From assembly GCA_001724265.1 (NCBI GenBank), contig MEDY01000171.1, forward strand, positions 1 through 64,000: a stretch of 64,000 nt of DNA. Direction: 5' to 3'. This document shows, in pieces, positions 11,101 to 22,281 of the stretch. The stretch's first letter is position 1. Every line of letters begins with the position of its first letter. A model generated the notes under the pieces. The model was not told where the DNA came from and did not search any database. It saw only the letters and a list, made by a program, of their open reading frames with translations. Position numbers and translations under genes: made by a program. The stretch comes from Rhizaria sp. SCN 62-66 (lineage: Eukaryota).

Positions 11101-14100
11101 CGGCGTCACACTCGCGGCCACAGCGGCCAGCGACGGCAGCGGCAGTGCAGGCACGGGCTCAGCGGGCGCGGAGAAGACGTCTCTGAAGGCGCCGGGCAAC
11201 AGGTCTGCCACAGACACGCGTGATGCGCGCAGTGGGCGCTCGCACGAAGCAGGCGCCACACTGTCGAACGAGTCGCCAGCAAGCGTACTACGTGCGCCCA
11301 CGGGCGTCTTAGGAGGCAAACCAACGACGCGTGCTGCGGCGGGGGGCGCAGGCGCTGCAAACAAGCTCGGGCGCGCCCCACCGCTGGCGGTCACGGCAGC
11401 GTTGGCAGCAGCACTGGGCGTGCGCGGGCCGCGTGGCGTAACGCAGGAAGCGACAAACGAGTGCGCGTTTGTCATGTCGCCACCAGCGGATGGCGGCGGC
11501 GGCGAGAGCATACCGCGCGGCGTTGCGGCAGCAACAGCAGGCGTGGCGTTGGCACCAAATGTAAACACGGTGTTTTGGCGGCGACCAGCGCCTGTGCCCT
11601 CACTGCTGGCGTCGCTGCCCGCGCTCGAGGTTGACTCGGGGGGCGGCAGGCGCGTTGAGGACAGCGGGACGTGCACCATGCCAGCGCTCGCGGCGGCAGC
11701 AGCGCCAGCAGCCGCGGCAACGTTGCCAGCGCACACAAAGGAAGGCGTCGCGGCGGCGGCCTGCGCTGCGTGCAGGAAGGTGGCAAGAGCGACGTCAGTC
11801 GAAGAGGTAGAGCGCTTGTGGCGTGAAGTCGCGTTTTCAGCGGGCACACCAAGGCTGCGTGTCGAATGCGGACCCGTAGCGGCAGTTTCTGTGGTGGGAC
11901 CAGCGTGACTAAAGACGTGCGAGGTATCCAAGTCAACACGCAGTGCGGCGCGTCCACTGCCCGCGTCATCGCTCCCACAGCTGTCCCCCTCGCCTTCGCC
12001 ATTGTCGCTCGCGTGCGCGCAGCCGACAAGGTCGAGCTTGCGCGCAACGTTCTTGCGCGAGGCCGCAGCGGCCGCCTCGGCAGCCGAGGGCAGAGTCGAC
12101 ACCGACGACGCACTGGGCGACGCAAAGCAGCTGCCAGCGGCGGGCGCGGCGCCGTCAGCGTGCGAGATGAGCGTCGCGCGCGACGCCGCGGGCCGCAGCA
12201 GACGCTGGTGGCCGCCGCTCATGGGCGGCGATGAGGCGCCCAGCGCGCCCGCCGTTTGAGGCGCGTGCGATGGCGTCTGCGGGAGCCGGCCAGGAGACGC
12301 AAAGGCCGGCGAGAACGGGTTTGCAACAGGACTACCGCCCGCGCCAACCGCCAGCGCCATGCGCGCGGGCGTGCCGACAGGCCGCGTCGAGGGGCTCTTG
12401 AGCGGGCTGCCGAGTTTGCTGGGGCTGCCCATCGCGCCAGCAGCAGCAGAGGCGACAATTTGGGCGGGTGTAGCACGCTCAGGCGAGGTCATGAGCAGAA
12501 GCTTGCGCTTACCGGGGCTCGAAAGCACCATGACACTCTGCGCAGCTGCAACACCAGCTGCCGCGCGCGTTGGGCTGCCAAGAGCGCCGGCCGCAGAGGC
12601 CGCGTTTGCGCTAGCAGCGGCGGTGGCAGCAGCAGCCGCGGTGGGTGCGAGCTGGCGCAGTGCGTTGATGGACATCGTTGACCACTTGGGGGCGTCGTCG
12701 CGCGCACCCACGGACCCGCAGCCGACGCCAACACTGCCGCCGCCGCCAAGCAGCACCATGGGGCCCGCGTGCGCGGCGTCGCTCGCAAGCTGGAACACCG
12801 CGGCAACATCACTCGCTGCGCGCGTACTTGCGCTGGCGCTGGCGCTAGCGCATGCGGCGGCCGCTGCGGCGCTGGCGGGCGTGGCGGCGGCGGTGCGGCG
12901 CTGCTGTTCGCGGATGGCGTCCGTGAGGCCTAGCGAGGCAGTGCGGGGCAGCGCGCCGGGCACCGCGTCGCTGCCCGCAGCAGCGGCCGCAACAATGGCG
13001 CTGGCGTTGGCGATGATGGCCTTATTATCATTGTCGATCGTGGTCTGCAACAGCGGTGCAAGTGTCGACAGCGAGCCCGCGAGCCGCGCATAGTGATGCT
13101 GGTGCGCTAAAAGCATTGACAGCCGCGGCGTCAGGATGCGCGGCGTCGCAGGCGTCGGCGCAGTGGCGGCGGAGGCCGAGGACGGCGTGCACGGCAGCCC
13201 GATCTGGCGTGCCTCCGCCTCGGCTTCGGCAACGGCCGCAGCCAAAGACATCTCAATACCAGTCAAGGTCGATTTCTGTGAAGCAAAGAGAAAAGAAATA
13301 GGAACGGCAAGGTGAGTTTTGGCTTTAAGTTAGTCGGAGAAGAATTGATGTTAAGCTTGTGAATTATCAACGTACAAATGTTTCAGCAAGGCGCATAAGT
13401 GCTTGCGCCTGCAGTTGCAGACGTTCAAAGCACGTGACGTCGCCGCCGACGGCGTCCTGGAGCACCGCTGACACGGGCGCCGGCGCCGGCGCCGCGCGCG
13501 GAGCTGCCGTGCCCGCCGCAGGCGCTGCGGGCTCGGCATGCGTGTGGCCGTGGTGCGCAACGACGCTAAGGCGCGTGTTTTGCGGGAAGTTAAGCCGCTT
13601 GACCGAGCGCGCTGCCTTGCCCACAGAGCCCAGCGCATTGTCGGCAACCGACGCAGCCGTGTGGCAATCATCGGAGTCAACAAGTCCAGCTGCCGTGGTG
13701 GAGGCGGAGGCAATCGAGTGGCGCACGGGCGTCAGCGAGGCGCGGGACGGCGCCAGAGACAGCTTCTTGGCGGGCGTCTTGCCTCCCGCCGCAGCAGCGG
13801 CGGCAGACGCAGCGCTCGTGGGCGCGGCGCTCGACGCAGCGGCTGCTGTGGGTCCGTTGATAAAGCACCACTTGCCTTTGCTCGCGCTGCCAGGCGCTGC
13901 CGCCGCGCCCGAAAGCACGGAGCGGCGCGTGCGGGCCGCGGGTGAGGCAAAGCCCCCCGTGGGCGCGTGCGCGGCCGCATTGGCATGCGCGTCGGCCACG
14001 GAGTCGGACGTGTGCAGAGTCAGGCGCGCGCTCTTGGAGCCTGCGAGACTGGGCGCGCGCGTGAGGCGTCGCGGCGCGCGGCTGCCGGAGCCCGGCGTGG

Positions 14101-14908
14101 GCAGGGGAGCGGTGCGCGCAAAGCCCTGCAACGCGGCGGTCGCGATCGCAGCGGTGGCCGTTGAGGCGGTGGCGGCGGAGGACTCGACAGCTGTAGGGGC
14201 CGAGGCGGCGCTGTCGGCCGAGGCGAAGACCGCCGAGTCGTCGTCCTGCGCGGCCGCGGAAGAGGTGAGCGCGGGAGTATGCAGCGGAGTAAGTGCCGGC
14301 ATGCGTGCGGCGGACATCATGGGCGAACAGGCGGGCGAGAGAGCGGCGTCCGCTTCCGCATCGGTCGCGGTGGCGGCAGCGGTTGCGGAGCCTTGCTGCG
14401 ACTGCAGCGAGTCTGTCGAGGAGGTGTGGGCCAGCGCACGCTCTGAGTCGGCGGCGGGCGCAGTGCCGGGCAGCGGCGGGAGCGCAATCTGACCGGATGC
14501 GGTAAGTCCGGCGCCGTCGTCATCGTCGTAGTCCTCAACGTCATCGGCATCATTGTCGACAGCTTTGTTGGCGTCGGCGTGTCCATCGGTGTCAGGTAGG
14601 ATATCGATGCTGTGAAGCGCAGACTCATCGTCGTCGCTGCCAGCGCTAGCAAAAGCAAAACGCAAACCGGGGTTGCGGGTGGCCTGCGTGGCGCGGCCCA
14701 TGTTCTGGGGCGTCGCGGTAACGTTCTTGCCGCTGCGGGCACGCGTGCTGAGTGGGGAGCGGATCTGGGCCGGAGACGACGGCGTCGCGTTCAGACGGAG
14801 GTGCAGCAGCGGCGAGCCCATATCTGAAACATGGGCTGTGTGTTTTGTTGTAGCCGGTGAAGTCGCTAGGCATAGAGAGTTCTCCATGCCGAGATCGACT
14901 TGACTCAT
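8109..14908 (-). CDS. Large Ala/Ser/Pro-rich protein with C-terminal PH-like domain, 3 exons: 14908-13376, 13275-9003, 8800-8109 (2165 aa)
   Basis: Three ORFs are joined in frame by AT-rich GTACG...CAG introns (13375-13276, 9002-8801). The last exon has PH-like elements 'RCMTIV' and 'LLHVVFDTELECKVWATGLSAVL'. Ends in TGA. Confidence 0.75.
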
Positions 14909-15640
14909 TCTGAGTGGCAGTTGTCTTGGACTCGAGTGTGAGGAGGGGATTCTTTCTGTCGAGATTCTGACCTATAAACCAAGCGCAATAGAATAAAGTT
15001 TTCAAAAATGAGTATTAAATAAATATTAAAATCAGGACCCATCAATAAATATCTTATTCACGATGAGATTACGACACACAAAAGGATGAAACATCGTGCG
15101 CCTGCGTCGCTTCTCCCAACGGCTAGTGGACCTGAACCTGCCTGGTGACCATATGGTGACCGCAACGGACACCTCTTCTATCTCGGTTATATTCTTGTGT
15201 CGACAGAACCGTAGTCAAGATAAATTGCAATGATATCAAGACCTGCACATATAAAGTGATTTATAATATATTTTTATTCAAGTTATTTTTCCAAAGCTCG
15301 ACATTTTCCAGAGCCAATCATGAAAGTGTTGAAAGATGGCGATACTATTTTTAGAACAAAGTTTGAACAGCTAAGCAATGTCTCTGAGGTCCTCTTATTA
15401 AAATAGTCATCAACTTGTATAATGAAAGGTGCAGACGCGCACAAGAAGTATAAATGCATAAAAACTATGTATTGTTGCATATGTCAAACATATGTCACGT
15501 AATATCCGCCCTTGAAACACACGCGTCGAGCGTGACACACTGGCCACACTCGCGTTCACCCAAACGGCTGGAGTAACTGAGCAGCTGCTCACCTCAACGC
15601 ACCGCGTCGCACCGCGTCGCGTCGCGTCGCGTCGTGCTGC

Positions 15641-16905
15641 TCACAGCAGCTTGTACACGGAGCGGTCCGCCATGAACTTGGCGTCGTCGAGCGCGAAGGA
15701 CCAGAGCAGGTACGTAGACACGGGCGTGGCGGCGTGCCACACGGCGTGCGCATCGAGCAGCCCCCATAGCGGCGGGAAGTCGAACACCTCGAACGCGGCA
15801 AAGACCAGGATAATCAGATTCGCGAGCGCAACCTTCCAGGCGTAGGTGACGCGCCCGCCGCGCTGGCGCAGCGCCCACGCCCACCACAGCGCCACGTAGG
15901 CCAGCCCCAGCGCGACGGACACGGTCATGTTGTACCCGTAGTCGAAGTGCACGAAGTGCAGGTAGCCGCAGTGGTAGCACAGGAACAGCGCACCCGCGGT
16001 GCCCAGCGCGGCCCACGCGCGCCGGTCGCGCAGCTCAAAGACGCGCACGAGCGCGATGAGCAGCATGACGCAGATGGAGATCGTGGCGCAAAAGTAGTCG
16101 AGCCGCTCCGTCAGCACCGTGTCACGCGCGTGGAACGCCGTGGACCACACCCACGTGTTCATCGCGCTCACTGCGTAGCCCACCCACAGCGGCTTCATGA
16201 AGTACGAGTCGGGCGCCTGCGCGCGCCACGTCAGCAATGCCTGTGCGAACGGCACAGCGTTGGCCACGGAGAAGAGCGTTGAGAAGAGCTCCTGCATGCC
16301 GAGCACGCGCGTAAACGGCCACTTGCCGTAGTACTTGACGGTCGGCAAGCCGCGTGACGCGCGCGCGAGCACGTCCGCGTGCATCGTCGTGTATTGACCT
16401 GCGTCAGAACGTATCCAACAAATCGGGAAGAGATGCGATGAGAGACAATAAGAGCCACATTACATACAGCACAGGCACGAGACAAGAAAGCGTAAGGATG
16501 CAAAGAGAAGAGCAAAAGCGGCGGTGAACACATATGACGAGATATGGAGCTGATAACATGGAGAGTATGAGTGTAGCGCGCATGGTGATCAACGAGGAGC
16601 AACGTACAGTTTTCCTCGCAGGTCCAGCGGAAGAAGGCAAGATCCCACGTGCGCCAGGCCTGAAGCCCCGCAAGCTGCTCCTTGAGTTCGACAAGCGTTA
16701 GTCCCGCCGCAGGAGTCTCGCTCCCGTTCTCGACGGCGGCGATGTGACTCTCGAGCCGCGTCGCGCGCGTGCAACTCTGGCGGCATGACATGAGCGCGCT
16801 ATAGTACGCCATGCTCTGGTCACCCTCAGAAGCGCTGACTGGCAATAAAAGCAGCGACAACGCAAACAAAATCGCAACAGTGACAATTCTGATGACGCCG
16901 CGCAT
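15641..16905 (-). CDS. PGAP3: Post-GPI attachment to proteins factor 3 (Per1 family), 2 exons: 16905-16608, 16398-15641 (351 aa)
   Basis: Signal peptide followed by ASEGD; WTCEENC|QY across intron 16607-16399; YYGKWPFTRVLGMQE, WSTAFHARD, TERLDYF, FDFPP, LDAHAVWH. Ends in TGA. Confidence 0.95.
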
Positions 16906-17371
16906 CTTGACAGTCTGATTTAACAGTGTGACAATCTCCGAAAAGTAAACCTGGACCACGACGAAAGCAAAGGAGTTCGATGAGTTTAGATACAACAGAT
17001 TCTCTGTGGTAAGCGTTTTAAGTGATACTTGAATTTAAAATTTATGCTGTAAAGTGGTGCTTGCTTTCGATACAATGCGTGGATTTCGTATCAACGGACT
17101 CCTGATGGCAGGGCTTTGATGTTGAGTCAGCCTTCTAGATTGACCACGAGCAAAGGATCTTTGCATTGTGTGCTTAACAGATTCCAACAGGATTGTACAG
17201 CGTATACATCGACGGTACACAGTTTAACAAAAAGAGAGGAGTGTATTAGGTATTAAACACGTTGATAAAGACTATTGTAACAATATGATTGGAGTATATA
17301 GATTTCATGCCTGCCAAGCAGACTTAAGGATAATAAGTTTGTGCTTTTGAGAGTAACACTTTGCCATTGAC

Positions 17372-20300
17372 TCAGGACTGACTGGTTCGGTTCTCGAATA
17401 ACGCGGGAACGCGCATGAAGGAGTCCATCGCCCTCGCAAATACAATAGGAACGGACTCGTCGACGTTCTCGCCCAGCTGGTCGTTAAGACAGACGTACGT
17501 ATGCCGGTCCGCGCCGAGGAAGTACTCGCGCACCTGCGTCAGCGTCGACCGCCAGCCCTGCGGCCCGCGGTAGTTGAGCCCGGTGAAGAGGACGTCGTTC
17601 TCGCCCTGCCGCGTTCGGTACAGCGGGCGCGTCTCCAGGTGCGTTTGCTCCAGCAGCGCCATCGCTACCGGCCACGCTGTGAACTCATCCAGCGTCATCC
17701 GTACATCAGCAGTGCTCTTACCAGAGTCAGTGGGCTCGGCGTCAGTGTTGGCGCCAGTGTCGGCGCCGGTGTCGGTGCGGGCGTCGGTGTTGAGGCGCCA
17801 GGGCTGAGCGCGCAGCAGCGCAGCGCAGTCGTCTGCGCACAGCACGGCCACTGCGGCGCCGTCGGGCAGCACCGCGGTCGCCGCCGCGCGCAGAGTGCGC
17901 ACGCGCAGCGGGTCCCCGGCCAGTGCGGCCGCCGCGGCGGCGTCAGCGAGCAGCGCACCCGTGCGTGGCGGGACCGAGAACGCGGGCGAAGTGATCTGGC
18001 GCACTGCGGCCGCCGCGGTAGCGTTCACGTTCACGGGGTCTAGTTCGCCGTCGTCATCCTCGTGCAACGCTGTCGTCGTCATGGTCGTGGTCGTCGCCTT
18101 CCTCGCCGCCGCAGTGCGGGCGGCCGCCAGACGCTGCTTCGGGGAGCTCGCTGTCGCTGTCGCCGTCGCTGTCGCCGTCGCGGTCGCCGACTCAGCACCA
18201 GCAGATGAGGTCGCAGCCGTCGTTGTTGTCGCTGTTGCTGCAGTTTTGAGCGGCTGCGTGCGGGCAACGCGGTCCACGGTCAGCGGGACTGCGAAAGGGT
18301 GGCGCACAGTGCCGCGTAGACGGTGCGTTTCACGCGGCGGCGGCGGCGCGGGCGCGGCGACGAGCGCGGCCAGCAGCACCCGCACCTCGAGCTCCGAGTC
18401 TAGCGTTCCACTGCAGTCCAGGTCCGCGTCCGAGAAAAAGGCCTCAGCGAGCGTGACCGTGCTTGCGTGGCGAGCGAGCGCCTGGAACGACTGCAGCAGC
18501 GTCGTGTGCTGGATGTCGACGGACCGGCGGAACGGCGTCGCCTCGACGGTCGCATACTCCTCGGGCAGCAGCGCGTGCGCGTGCGCGATGACGTGGCGGC
18601 TCGACAGCACCTGCGCGTGCGCCGGGTCCAGCTCCAGCGCGCTGCCCGTCGCCTTAACCGCCAGCGCGTGCGCGCGCATCTTGTACTCCGGGTACGGCGC
18701 GCGGTTCGGGTCCTTAGGCTGCAGCGGAAACTTGAAGTCGCCGCGCACGCGCCGCGCCCACGCCTGCCGCAGCACGGGCGCCTGCGCGCGCGCCGCGAAC
18801 GCCTCGGCCCCGCTCGCCGCGGCCCAGCGTTCGAACTGCAGCGGCTCCACCTCGTGTGCGCGGCCCGCCAAGTCGTCCGGCGCGCGCGCGTAGCCGTGGT
18901 CGAAGTCGTGCCGGAAGCCCACGGGCCGCTGCCAGAAGGACTCGGCGAAGAAGCTCCGCAGCGCGCCCGCTAAGTGCTTGCGGAACGCCGCGCCGGGTAC
19001 CGCCGCCGCACGGGAGAGTGACGGAAGCGCGGCAAGCGGCGCATAGGAGAGTGAGAGCGCGAGCGCCGTGCACGCGCGCGCTGCGACGCATGCGCTGGGC
19101 GCGGCCACGGCGGCGGGCACGAACGCGATGCGGTCGCGCTGCGCGCTAGCGATGTCGTCGGCCGCGGCGTCCAGCTCGCCCGCTGACACCGCTAGCGCTT
19201 CGGGCGGCGCGGCGAGACGGCGCAGCGCGGCGTGCGCGGCGCGGGCGAGGAGCGACTCCGCCAGCGCCTGCTTTGCCTGCAGCCGCGCATGGCGCGAGAC
19301 TTGCTCCTCGGCGGGGAGCTGCGAGAGGCGCAGCGCACAGTCGCCGCCGTCGAAGGCGCAGGCGGGCACGTCGCACGCGTGGTCGCACACGCCGTCGCCG
19401 CGCCAGACAGTGAAGCACCCGGGCGCGCATGATAGCGCGGCTTCGGCGCCCCGGGGCGCGGGCTCCTCCGCAGGCGTGGAATCCTCCGCAGAGTTCGCGG
19501 CGGCGTTATTTGCGGCTGTGTTGTTTGCGGCTGCAGGCGGGTGCTGCCAGTCGGGCGCGGCGACAAGGACGCGCGCAAGGACGACGAGCGGTGCGGACGC
19601 CGCGGGGGAAACGGCAGCTGGCGAGTCAACCGCTGCGGCCGCAGCGAGATAGTCCTCCGTGGACAGAAAGGGCGCAAAAACGCCCGGAAGCGTCCTGTCC
19701 GCGTCAAACGCGGCGTACGAAAGCTGGGCAACGTGCGCGGCGTTGGTGGCGAAGGTACCCAGGAACGAGAAGAGCGCGGCGTAGGCCGTGGCTTCGGTGG
19801 GCGCGGCGACATAGTTGCGCTCGCAGTCGCCCAAGTCGAAGTCGCACATCTCGTTCATACAGCGCTGGTCGCACACGCCGTCGCCGAGCATGGTGAAGAG
19901 ACAGCCCGGCGAGCAGGGGTGCGGCGGCAGCGGAACGTACATCTGCGTCACGCCCAACGCGTGCTCCACCAGCGCCCGCTGCGGCAACATCTTGGCCATG
20001 AACAGGTCGTCGTTGGAGTAAAACAGGTAGTCGGCGAGCCCCGGCACGCGCTGCAGCGTCGTCTCAATCGCGTTGGAAGAGAACGTCGGCAGACTGCTGT
20101 TGCGCACGAACACCGTCGCGTGGGGCGCCACAGTCACCTTGGCGGGCGCGGCGTCCCAGTTCGCCACTGCGGCAAGGGCCGTGGCGGGCGAGGGCGCGGC
20201 CGAGGCGGGCAGCCACGCGGGGACTTGATCGAAAGTGAGCAGAAACGCGTGGCGCACCCACGGGTTGTACTGGTACGCGGACCGCAGCGCGTATTTGATC

Positions 20301-21400
20301 TCGTTCATCGACCGGAACCGGTCCTTTTTCACACCCGCGCGGCTCAGCGGCGCGGACGGTTTGCTCGGCGGCGGCGGAACATACTCGCCACTGTCATCAT
20401 TGCCGTCATCTGCCTCGCTGTCACCCTTGCTGCTGCTGTCGATGTTAGAGTTAGAGACAGAAGTGTCCGCAAGTGGGCCGTCACTCCTGTCCACACCGAG
20501 CACCGCTGCTAGCGCCTCGTCAGCGTCAGCCACCGCTAACACAGCAGCCTGTGCCGTAAAGCTGCCCGTGGCATTCGCAGAGGCAGCAGCAGCAGCAGCA
20601 GCGGCGGCATCGTCGATGAGCTGTTTCTTGCGCTGAGCCATGGCAGCCAGCAGCACGGGGTCGGAACCGTTGACCCACGTGTACACCATGTCCACGCGTT
20701 CCACGCACTCATGCAGCGGGTAGCGCGCGCCGCGCCAGCTCTCCCACGCCGTCTCGTCCGACACGCCCGCGCCGTCGGCAGCGACGCGCGCGGTGGCGCA
20801 GAACTTGCACACGGGCTGCTGCAGCTACTGGCCGAGAGTGTGCAGGTACGGCGTGCGGCGGTTGCGCGCGTCAAAAAAGCGCCCTGCTGGGAAGGCAGAG
20901 TGCGTGTCGTAGGCGTGCTCGCGCTGCAGCGGCGGGTGCGCGGCCATGAAGGCCGGCGGCGCGCGGTAGAGACCGGGGGTGTTCTCGAGCAGCGAGCCCT
21001 CGGACGCGAGGCCGGTCCAGAAGCCCGCCGCGCGCGCGAGCGCCGAGGACAAGGCGTACGACAACACCGCGGCAGACTCCGATGCAAGCCACTCCGCGGG
21101 CGTGGTGCGCGGTGCTGCGACGAAAGGGGTGTGCGACAAGCGGAATGACATCGATTTGACAGGCTCGACGGATGGTTGGGCTCTGGGGTCGCCGCCTGTG
21201 AGGTTGAGCCACGTGGCGTACGCAAGCAGAGAAAGGCTAAGAATGGCGAGAGTGAAGACCGTTCGGCGGGTGACGCGGTTGCGGTCTCTGCTCGACACAT
21301 AGGCGACAGGGTCTGGGTCGGTGAGCGGGGAGCGGGGCGAGGACGGAGCAGTCGGCACGGCGATGGGCTAGTACTGCGACCTTCCTCGGAAGCTCCTCAT
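17372..21400 (-). CDS. GNPTAB: Stealth-family GlcNAc-1-phosphotransferase alpha/beta-like protein with 2 LNR repeats; 1342 aa if the in-frame TAGs at 21368-21370 and 20825-20827 are sense
   Basis: ATG at 21400, N-terminal TM 'VFTLAILSLSLLAYATWL', CR1 VDMVYTWVNGSDP, CR2 EIKYALRS...PTFSSNAIE...YSNDDLF, two LNR repeats (CSPGC..LGDGVCD..C..CDFDLGDC), EF-hand-like DADLDCSGTLD, CR4 YVCLND. One continuous frame apart from the two TAGs. Ends in TGA. Confidence 0.85.
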
Positions 21401-22281
21401 GTCGTTCTGAGAGGATCAAACCAATATTGGTCCAATAAAAAGTTCACTACTCCAAGTGGTTGTCGGACTAACAAATATGGATCGCACAGTAATCGGAAAA
21501 ATGGTGTAATGAGCAATGTGAAACGCAACGCCATCGACTGTCCAAGCAGGCATCCTTCAAATGAAGCTAATAAGACTTATCAAACGAATCGAACAGTAAA
21601 TTTTCAAAAGCACTTTTAAAACAAGTAGCTTCACCCCATTGTCCTTTAATATATCACGTTGACGATCCGTCTGGTTCAGAATCGGCTCAGTTTAAATGTG
21701 AGCTCGGAACAGAGCGACGCCCCTGCGAGACAGTTAGGAGACAGTGATGACGACCGGAGCTTAAGTCTTTTCAAGATAGATTCACGTATATCCCACACAG
21801 TGGCGCAACAATTCGCAGATATCGTTGATAAAATAAACACCTGTGTATATGCTTTGTGTTCTACTCAGTGGGGCACATTTAGTAAGAGATAATGCGGCGT
21901 GGAGTACGAACAGTGACGATGCGTTTGTGTGTCACTCAAACGCAAGTTAAGTTTGATGTCGGTGCATGACGCAGATTAAAGAAAAAGTAAACAGAGGTTC
22001 ATTAATAAAAGAGAGAGAGATATATATATACGATATTTTTTTGATAAGACTAGTTCAAATCCATCACGAACAAATCGCGACAGACGGTTTTTGAGTTATA
22101 CACATGAGAGTTACACACCGATCCTTGAAACAAACAGAAAAGAACAGGTGCGTGCGTCCACCACCACTTTCACATTGTACGGCCGCATCACGCCAAAGCA
22201 CAGTACTACACACATACAGTCGTGCTACACCAATCACAGAGCCCCCCACAGAACAATGGCAGTCAAAGCAGACCGGCCCGT

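Noticed and set aside
15598-15635. CGCAC/CGCGT pentamer run just past the PGAP3 stop
   Set aside because: Short low-complexity 3' UTR repeat with no supportable function.
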